Shown here one piece after another: positions 18,888-25,684 of a DNA stretch of 25,684 nt (within the stretch, counting starts at the first letter, position 1; every line of letters starts with the position of its first letter). The translations under genes and the position numbers were made by a program. Source of the stretch: a virus (taxonomy: Duplodnaviria; Heunggongvirae; Uroviricota; Caudoviricetes). A model generated the notes under the pieces. It saw only the letters and a program-made list of their open reading frames with translations, made no database searches and was not told the origin of the DNA. Where the stretch lies: IMG/VR virus record IMGVR_UViG_3300029467_000153, one strand, 5' to 3'.

Positions 18888-18910
18888 AAGGCTCCTTCGG
18901 GAGCTTTTTT
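18888..18910 (+). terminator. rho-independent terminator downstream of cspI and the zinc-ribbon ORF remnant
   Basis: gctcc-ttcg-ggagc hairpin followed by tttttt. Confidence 0.55.
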
Positions 18911-18992
18911 GCTTGGTATCTATTCGATGGATACTCACATACTACGGTAACATCATGAAAAAAATCATAGTTTTTTTAACTCTGAACCTGCA

Positions 18993-19184
18993 GTGGTAGT
19001 GCCAGCGATGACTGGAGTTAACACCATCATGCGTGAATATCCAAATGGCGAAAAAACACACCTTACTGTAATGGCCGCAGGGTTTCCATCTCTGACCGGA
19101 GATCATAAAGTCATTTATGTAGCCGCGGATCGACATGTTACTTCAGAAGAAATTCTGGAAGCAGCAATAAGGCTCTTGAGTTGA
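18993..19184 (+). CDS. small protein, YnfN-like by position
   Basis: 63-aa ORF (possible internal start at 19008, MTGVNTIMREYPNGEK...); assigned by position between cspI and gnsB. Confidence 0.35.
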   Translation: MVVPAMTGVNTIMREYPNGEKTHLTVMAAGFPSLTGDHKVIYVAADRHVTSEEILEAAIRLLS

Positions 19185-19352
19185 TTTGATGCTATTGTAT
19201 TGATAATTCAGGAAAATTTTCTTTGTCTGTTTGTGTAAAATTTAGACTATCGTATGTTGATTATTGCGATGTTTCATCTTATCTTTTACACGTTTGCACC
19301 ATATAATCGACTTACTGTGTAACTGGAAAGTCATAACAGACTAAAAGAGGAA

Positions 19353-19529
19353 ATGATGAATATTGAAAACTTAAAAACAAAAGCAGAAGCAGATATTTCT
19401 GAATATATAACAAAAAAAATTATTGAACTTAAGAAAAAGACCGGGAAAGAAGTTACCAGTATTCAGTTTACCGCACGGGAAAAAATGACGGGTCTTGAAA
19501 GCTATGATGTCAAGATTAATTTAATCTGA
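19353..19529 (+). CDS. gnsB: Gns-family small protein (GnsB-like)
   Basis: 58-aa ORF, below the ORF-track cutoff, found by translation: MMNIENLKTKAEADISEYITKKIIELKKKTGKEVTSIQFTAREKMTGLESYDVKINLI; AAAAGAGGAA Shine-Dalgarno upstream. Confidence 0.7.
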   Translation: MMNIENLKTKAEADISEYITKKIIELKKKTGKEVTSIQFTAREKMTGLESYDVKINLI

Positions 19530-19680
19530 TGTATTCAATAATAAAATTTATCCATAAACCTCGTTTTTACGGGGTTTTGTTATATTTGAATGGTTCCGAA
19601 TATCTAAATCACAATTGTTGATGGTTTTTATTAAACCAATGCAGTCCGGCTCAGGAGTGAGAGAAGCCGGACGTTATGGT

Positions 19681-20106
19681 TTAGCGTGGTAAGATCTGTG
19701 TAGTTTTCTGGATGCTTTCAGTAAATAGTAATGAATTATCAAAGGTATAGTAATATCTTTTTTGTTCGTGGATATTTGTAACCCACCGAAAAACTCCTGC
19801 TTTAGCAAGGTTTCTTCTGTATTCCTGAAATGTGATCTCTCTGGATTTCAGCTTATTAGAGGTCGTTTCTATAAGATGCCTATCCTTTGAAAATTTGACA
19901 GACACAATGTTTTTTAGGCCCTTTAATAACACTGTATTATCATTTTTTAATACAATATGAACATTCTCTGTGGCTAAATAGTAAATGTAATGTGAGACAT
20001 TGTGACGTTTTAGCTCAGAATAAAACCATTGATAGTTTAAATCGTTTCGAACTTTATCAAATATTTGTTTAAAAATGACTACCTGATCCATAGATAAACC
20101 TTCCAT
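19681..20106 (-). CDS. ydfO: DUF1398-type prophage protein (YdfO-like)
   Basis: 141-aa ORF; assigned by recollection and position next to gnsB. Confidence 0.6.
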
Positions 20107-20148
20107 GTGATATGAGGGGGCGTAGTCTGCACGATTATCTAAATTGCT

Positions 20149-20382
20149 TCAATCTGGTCTGACCTGTTTTCTGAGCAATTCAGTAATGTCACTCTTTTCT
20201 TTGTTTGCTTCAGAAGAAACTCTTTTTTCTGAGCACAGTCTCCGGCGGCAGGCTTCAATGACCCAGGCTGAGAAATTCCCGGACCCTTTTTGCTCAAGAG
20301 CGATGTTAATTTGTTCAATCATTTGGTTAGGAAAGCGGATGTTGCGGGTTGTTGTTCTGCGGGTTCTGTTCTTCGTTGACAT
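20149..20382 (-). CDS. small basic protein, possibly ribbon-helix-helix (YnfO-like by position)
   Basis: 77-aa ORF with Arg/Thr-rich N-terminus (MSTKNRTRRTTTRNIRFPNQMIEQINIALEQKG...). Confidence 0.4.
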   Translation of the reverse strand: MSTKNRTRRTTTRNIRFPNQMIEQINIALEQKGSGNFSAWVIEACRRRLCSEKRVSSEANKEKSDITELLRKQVRPD

Positions 20383-20581
20383 GAGGTTGTCCCGTATTCA
20401 GTGTCGCTGATTTGTATTGTCTGAAGTTGTTTTTACGTTAAGTTGATGCAGATCAATTAATACGATATCTGCGTCATAATTGATTATTTGACGTGGTTTG
20501 ATGGCGTAGATGCACGTTGTGACATGCAGATGATAATTATTATCATTTTGCGGGTCCTTTCCGGCGATCCGACAGGTTACG

Positions 20582-20770
20582 GGGCGGCGACCTCGCGGGT
20601 TTTCGCTATTTATGAAAATTTTCCGGTTTAAGGCATTTCCGTTCTTCTTCGTCGTAACTTAATGTTTTTATTTAAAATACCCCCTGAAAAGAAAGGAAAC
20701 GACAGGTGCTGAAAACGAGCTTTTGGGCCTCTGTCGTTTCCTTTCTCTGTTTTTGGCCGTGGAATGAACA
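20582..20770 (+). other. lambda-type cos site: cosN (GGGCGGCGACCT, 20582-20593) and cosB with terminase-binding repeats
   Basis: gttacggggcggcgacctcgcgggttttcgctatttatgaaaattttccgg... is near-identical to my recollection of the phage lambda right-end/left-end junction; CGTTTCC-type R elements follow (ttccgttcttc, aaaggaaacgacag, ctgtcgtttcc) before the Nu1-like start. Confidence 0.75.
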
Positions 20771-21076
20771 ATGGAAGTCAACAAAAAGCAGCTGGCTGAC
20801 ATTTTCGGTGCGAGTATCCGTACCATTCAGAACTGGCAGGAACAGGGAATGCCCGTTCTGCGAGGCGGTGGCAAGGGTAATGAGGTGCTTTATGACTCTG
20901 CCGCTGTTATAAGATGGTATGCCGAAAGGGATGCTGAAATTGAGAACGAAAAGCTGCGCCGGGAAGTTGAAGAACTGCGGCAGGCCAGCGAGACAGATCT
21001 CCGACGTTCCTGGGTGACAAGCGTATTGAAGGCTCGGTCTGGCCAAAGTCCATCCGTGGCTCCACGCCCAAAGTGA
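20771..21076 (+). CDS. nohA: terminase small subunit (Nu1-like), truncated after about 75 residues by a deletion
   Basis: N-terminus MEVNKKQLADIFGASIRTIQNWQEQGMPVLRGGGKGNEVLYDSAAVI.WYAERDAEIENEKLRREVEELRQASE matches lambda Nu1 (from memory); after about residue 75 the ORF reads out of frame across a deletion junction. Confidence 0.7.
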   Translation: MEVNKKQLADIFGASIRTIQNWQEQGMPVLRGGGKGNEVLYDSAAVIRWYAERDAEIENEKLRREVEELRQASETDLRRSWVTSVLKARSGQSPSVAPRPK

Positions 21077-21615
21077 GAGGCACCTGTCAGATTGAGCGTG
21101 CAGCCAGTGAATCCCCGCATTTTATGCGTTTTCATGTTGCCTGCCCGCACTGCGGGGAGGAGCAGTACCTTAAATTTGGCGATAAAGAGACGCCGTTTGG
21201 CCTCAAATGGACGCCGGATGATCCCTCCAGCGTGTTTTATCTCTGCGAACATAATGCCTGCGTCATCCGCCAGCAGGAGCTGGACTTCACTGATGCCCGT
21301 TATATCTGCGAAAAGACCGGGATCTGGACCCGTGATGGCATTCTCTGGTTTTCGTCATCCGGTGAAGAGATTGAACCGCCTGACAGCGTGACCTTTCACA
21401 TCTGGACGGCGTACAGCCCGTTCACCACCTGGGTGCAGATTGTCAAAGACTGGATGAAGACGAAAGGGGATACGGGAAAACGTAAAACCTTCGTGAACAC
21501 CACGCTCGGTGAGACGTGGGAAGCGAAAATCGGCGAACGTCCGGATGCTGAAGTGATGGCAGAGCGGAAAGAGCATTATTCAGCGCCCGTTAGCGAATAC
21601 CAGTACAGATGGTAA
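20996..21615 (+). pseudogene. internal fragment of terminase large subunit (gpA-like), no native start
   Basis: Frame encodes ...KSIRGSTPKVRGTCQIERAASESPHFMRFHVACPHCGEEQYLKFGDKETPFGLKWTPDDP...EHYSAPV, which I recognise as an internal part of lambda gpA; the track ORF 21073-21615 begins at a GTG that is a Val codon in gpA. Confidence 0.7.
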
Positions 21616-21791
21616 TCATAGCCATTCACTGTCCGGCACAGCAGCATCTGCAGGTGCACACGCGCATACTGTCGGTATTGGTGCTCATACGCACTCCGTT
21701 GCGATTGGTTCACATGGACACACCATCACCGTTAACGCTGCTGGTAACGCGGAAAACACCGTCAAAAACATCGCATTTAACTATATTGTGA
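21600..21791 (+). pseudogene. C-terminal remnant of a side tail fibre gene (stf)
   Basis: Frame encodes ...[56 protein letters not shown]-stop, a typical tail-fibre C-terminus with HTH.G repeats; no upstream body or start; the stop is 10 nt before tfa. Confidence 0.55.
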
Positions 21792-21801
21792 GGCTTGCAT
21801 A

Positions 21802-22377
21802 ATGGCATTCAGAATGAGTGAACAACCACGGACCATAAAAATTTATAATCTGCTGGCCGGAACTAATGAATTTATTGGTGAAGGTGACGCATATATTCCG
21901 CCTCATACAGGTCTGCCAGCAAACAGTACCGATATTGCACCACCAGATATTCCTGCTGGCTTTGTGGCTGTTTTCAACAGTGATAAGGCATCGTGGCATC
22001 TCGTTGAAGACCATCGGGGTAAAACGGTTTATGACGTAGCGTCAGGGGACGCGTTATTTATTTCTGAACTCGGTCCGTTACCGGAAAATGTTACCTGGTT
22101 ATCGCCGGAAGGGGAGTTTCAGAAGTGGAACGGCACAGCCTGGGTGAAAGATGCAGAAGCAGAAAAACTGTTCCGGATCCGAGAGGCGGAAGAAACAAAA
22201 AACAGCCTGATGCAGGTAGCCAGTGAGCATATTGCGCCACTTCAGGATGCTGTAGATCTGGAAATCGCAACGGAGGAAGAAACCTCATTGCTGGAAGCCT
22301 GGAAAAAGTATCGGGTGTTGCTGAACCGTGTTGATACGTCAACTGCACAGGATATTGAATGGCCAGCACTGCCGTAG
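21802..22377 (+). CDS. tfaQ: tail fibre assembly protein
   Basis: 191-aa [51 protein letters not shown]... typical of lambdoid/Mu-type Tfa chaperones; directly follows the stf remnant. Confidence 0.8.
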   Translation: MAFRMSEQPRTIKIYNLLAGTNEFIGEGDAYIPPHTGLPANSTDIAPPDIPAGFVAVFNSDKASWHLVEDHRGKTVYDVASGDALFISELGPLPENVTWLSPEGEFQKWNGTAWVKDAEAEKLFRIREAEETKNSLMQVASEHIAPLQDAVDLEIATEEETSLLEAWKKYRVLLNRVDTSTAQDIEWPALP

Positions 22378-22474
22378 GGTAAAACATATAAATTCTATAA
22401 TTAGATGTATCTTTCCATTTACGGCAAGGAAGGGGGCTTGGAAGACGTAAAGCATCTCACACCGAGATTATTTT

Positions 22475-23065
22475 TTATATGTCAGGTGTCTGAAGTTTTG
22501 CTTTGGCTCTTAAAATGGTTTGCCGCGAGGTTTTGAATTCCCGGGCAATGGCACTTATACTTACACCTGACTTAATTCGTTCGAATACCACCTGTTTCTG
22601 TTCTTCATTTAACACAGGTGGTCGATCAAAACGTTTCCCTGCGCCGCGGGCTCTTACTATCCCGGAATGAGTGCGTTCAAGTAAAAGGTCTCGTTCAAAT
22701 TCAGCGACTGCTGAAATTACGTGCATCATCATTTTTCCTGTTGGACTGGTCAGGTCAATGCCCCCCAATGCTAAGCAATGCACTCTGATACCTGTTTCGG
22801 TCAGTTGTTCCACTGTTTTCCTGATATCCATTGCATTACAACCAAGGCGATCCAGTTTTGTCACAATCAATTGATCACCACATTTCAGGCGAGCAAGCAA
22901 CCGGTTAAAACCAGGACGCTCACTGGTTGCTGCTGAGCCGCTAATGTGTTCTTCGATTATTTGCTGAGGTTTGATTTTAAAACCTGCACTTTCGATTTCC
23001 CGGCGTTGATTTTCGATGGTCTGATCCAGCGTTGATATCCGACAGTAAGCAAAAATTCGAGACAT
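22475..23065 (-). CDS. pinQ: serine DNA invertase (Pin/Gin/Hin family)
   Basis: 196-aa ORF; N-terminal catalytic motif [15 protein letters not shown], resolvase core and C-terminal HTH ([20 protein letters not shown]). Confidence 0.9.
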   Translation of the reverse strand: MSRIFAYCRISTLDQTIENQRREIESAGFKIKPQQIIEEHISGSAATSERPGFNRLLARLKCGDQLIVTKLDRLGCNAMDIRKTVEQLTETGIRVHCLALGGIDLTSPTGKMMMHVISAVAEFERDLLLERTHSGIVRARGAGKRFDRPPVLNEEQKQVVFERIKSGVSISAIAREFKTSRQTILRAKAKLQTPDI

Positions 23066-23381
23066 AGTGAGACTCTATACGAAATTGGTGTTCATATCAT
23101 AATGCATCTCAGAAAATAATTTTGATTATTTTTGTGCATATTTGTATGTACACGTTCGAAAATAAACGAATGCGTATGCAACCCCGTAATTTTGGTGAGA
23201 CCCAAAATCGATTTTGTGAAAAATGGCTTTAACTCGGTTTGTTTTTCGAGTTCCGGGCGGACTCAAGGAAGAAGAATAGTGTTGCGTGTTATTTTAACCA
23301 GATTTCAAGTTGTTTGATCGTGGAAAAGTGGAGCAAAATGTTGTTAAAGTGGAAAAATGATAAAAAAGTAAGTTTATTATA

Positions 23382-23615
23382 TTACATTTTACCATTTAAA
23401 TTTTGGTTGTCTTTAAGAACTGATATCGCTGTTTGTAATAATTCTTTGTTATCCAGCCATGATTTTTTCTTTATGTTTCCTTCAATGTAATCAAGCAATG
23501 TTCTGGTATTGATAGGTCTTCCCTGTTTTGCTACTTCCACTACAGCATCCCCTAGGATAATTCTTACTTCAGGAAGCTGCGCAGGGAACCACTTTAGGGT
23601 GTCTTTTGATTTCAT
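23382..23615 (-). CDS. ydfK: small prophage protein (YdfK-like by position)
   Basis: 77 aa from the internal ATG, which has an AAGGA Shine-Dalgarno (MKSKDTLKWFPAQLPEVRIILGDAVVEVAKQG...); lies between pin and attR. Confidence 0.45.
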   Translation of the reverse strand: MKSKDTLKWFPAQLPEVRIILGDAVVEVAKQGRPINTRTLLDYIEGNIKKKSWLDNKELLQTAISVLKDNQNLNGKM

Positions 23616-24395
23616 GAAGATATTCCTTAAAATATTATTGAGTTTCATTGCGATATTGTATGTCTGATTCAGGATATGTTGACTTATACATCGGTTTTGT
23701 CTGGGTTATTGGATATGCCAATCCCTAATTTTATTAGGGCATGACTAAAAATGCTGAATATGATAAGGAGAGAAGTGATTATCAGTATGCTGTTCATATA
23801 GCCTCGAATTAGTAATGTGTTATATATGATATAGTTGACAATTTTTATCTTGGGTGTTCTTAAAGTTCGTAGATAAACATTGTCGTTTCAGGTATACAGG
23901 AATGCTAACAGGTGGCAGCAAAAATCAGGCGGTTTATGGCGCAAGCTGAAGCGGCAACTGCAAACTATCTTATGCAGAGACTCTACACGGATTGGGTTTA
24001 AAAGTATACATAGATAACAGTTTTTATCTGAAAAAGAAAAATATCAAGGTGATATAGCCTATATGCCTTTGATGCGGAGGAATGAATGTGATGGGAGTGA
24101 TGTATCTGAATAGTTGAAAAACCGCAGACACGCCTTATGCAAGAACGTGCTGCGGTTGGCTGGTAAATTTTTCGATAGTGTGAGTATTGAATGATTTCCA
24201 GCCGTTCTTGATTTTACGCATAAATCCATGAAAAAACTACTTATCTGTTGGGGAGTTTTTTTGGGGCATATATGGGACAGAAATAGGCCCCAGATAGACA
24301 CTGAGATCGAACTTAGGATGCTTTTTAAAAAATGCAACTATCTGAAAAAACCTAGAAAACGCCAAGGAAACCACAGGATGGGAAAAAACACCTGT

Positions 24396-24409
24396 GAATT
24401 ATGGATTTC
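24396..24409. repeat. attR core, direct repeat of 1156-1170
   Basis: gaattatggatttc; the ydfJ reading frame resumes here. Confidence 0.55.
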
Positions 24410-25684
24410 CAGTTATATTCGCTCGGCGCAGCGTTAGTGTTTCATGAAATATTTTTTCCTGAATCATCAACGGCAATGGCGTTAATTCTGGCAATGGGAA
24501 CCTACGGTGCAGGTTATGTGGCGCGTATTGTCGGAGCATTTATTTTCGGCAAAATGGGCGACAGAATAGGGCGTAAAAAAGTGCTCTTTATTACCATCAC
24601 CATGATGGGGATCTGTACCACCTTAATTGGTGTGTTACCGACCTATGCACAGATTGGTGTTTTTGCACCCATCTTGCTGGTGACGTTGCGTATTATTCAG
24701 GGGTTGGGTGCAGGTGCGGAAATTTCCGGTGCCGGTACGATGCTGGCGGAATATGCGCCAAAAGGTAAGCGCGGAATTATCTCCTCATTTGTGGCTATGG
24801 GAACTAACTGCGGAACCTTGAGCGCAACGGCAATCTGGGCCTTTATGTTCTTCATTCTCAGTAAAGAGGAACTGCTGGCGTGGGGATGGCGTATACCGTT
24901 CCTGGCGAGCGTTGTCGTGATGGTCTTTGCTATCTGGTTGCGTATGAATCTGAAAGAAAGCCCGGTCTTTGAGAAGGTTAACGACAGTAACCAACCGACA
25001 GCAAAACCTGCACCTGCTGGTAGCATGTTCCAGAGCAAATCCTTCTGGCTGGCAACAGGGCTGCGTTTTGGTCAGGCGGGTAACTCCGGGTTAATTCAGA
25101 CTTTCCTTGCAGGCTATTTAGTGCAGACGTTATTGTTTAACAAAGCAATTCCAACAGATGCATTGATGATCAGTTCGATTCTCGGCTTTATGACCATTCC
25201 GTTCCTTGGTTGGTTATCCGATAAAATTGGTCGCCGGATCCCGTATATTATTATGAATACCTCCGCGATTGTGCTGGCATGGCCAATGCTTTCTATCATT
25301 GTAGATAAAAGCTATGCCCCGAGCACCATTATGGTTGCACTGATTGTGATTCATAACTGTGCGGTGCTGGGATTATTTGCTCTGGAAAACATTACCATGG
25401 CAGAAATGTTCGGCTGTAAAAACCGCTTTACCCGGATGGCTATTTCTAAAGAAATTGGTGGTCTTATCGCTTCCGGTTTTGGTCCTATCCTGGCGGGTAT
25501 TTTCTGCACCATGACGGAATCCTGGTATCCGATCGCCATTATGATCATGGCATATTCAGTGATTGGTTTAATCTCTGCGCTGAAAATGCCAGAGGTGAAA
25601 GACCGTGATTTAAGTGCGCTGGAAGACGCTGCGGAAGATCAACCGCGTGTTGTAAGAGCTGCGCAACCTTCCAGAAGTCTGTAA
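24401..25684 (+). CDS. ydfJ: MFS transporter (YdfJ-like), 3' portion separated from its first 31 codons by the prophage
   Basis: 427-aa ORF with the MFS loop-2/3 motif GKMGDRIGRKKV at residue about 50, too close to the N-terminus for an intact MFS (TM1 missing); the missing N-terminus is encoded at 1078-1170; an in-frame stop sits immediately upstream of 24401. Confidence 0.75.
   Translation: MDFQLYSLGAALVFHEIFFPESSTAMALILAMGTYGAGYVARIVGAFIFGKMGDRIGRKKVLFITITMMGICTTLIGVLPTYAQIGVFAPILLVTLRIIQGLGAGAEISGAGTMLAEYAPKGKRGIISSFVAMGTNCGTLSATAIWAFMFFILSKEELLAWGWRIPFLASVVVMVFAIWLRMNLKESPVFEKVNDSNQPTAKPAPAGSMFQSKSFWLATGLRFGQAGNSGLIQTFLAGYLVQTLLFNKAIPTDALMISSILGFMTIPFLGWLSDKIGRRIPYIIMNTSAIVLAWPMLSIIVDKSYAPSTIMVALIVIHNCAVLGLFALENITMAEMFGCKNRFTRMAISKEIGGLIASGFGPILAGIFCTMTESWYPIAIMIMAYSVIGLISALKMPEVKDRDLSALEDAAEDQPRVVRAAQPSRSL

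Noticed and set aside
21609-21791. 60-aa ORF on the ORF track over the tail-fibre remnant
   Set aside because: It is in a different frame from the recognisable tail-fibre C-terminus, which is the biologically meaningful frame.
24228-24437. 69-aa ORF spanning the attR junction
   Set aside because: It crosses from prophage DNA into ydfJ out of frame and has no ribosome-binding site; an artefact of the junction.

Overview
The window is an enterobacterial chromosomal locus carrying a roughly 23.2 kb decayed lambdoid prophage (about 1171-24394) inserted inside an MFS transporter gene, with a Zn-dependent dehydrogenase gene on the left flank. Gene content matches, from my memory of the protein sequences, the Qin cryptic prophage of E. 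coli K-12 (rspB / prophage / ydfJ), but here the integrase is intact and no IS2 is present. No database search, HMM search or alignment was run; all family and gene-symbol calls rest on recognisable motifs or recalled sequences. The prophage keeps lambdoid order: leftward int-xis-exonuclease-ydfD-dicB; a rightward early region with a replisome-organiser-like gene, decayed ORFs and a frameshifted IS transposase; flxA with a sigma-28 promoter; relB-relE-hokD; rem, ydfU, antiterminator Q with a candidate late promoter and terminator; cold-shock morons cspF/cspB/cspI; a pinholin / SAR-endolysin / spanin lysis cassette; gnsB, ydfO; a lambda-like cos site with truncated terminase genes; a tail-fibre remnant, tfa and pin invertase. 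No CRISPR array, rRNA or tRNA was seen. I did not find a clear previously undescribed multi-gene system; the best candidates for something unexplained are the apparent absence of a dicA/dicC-type repressor next to an intact dicB, the 823-aa exonuclease-domain protein, and two paralogous zinc-ribbon ORFs beside csp genes.
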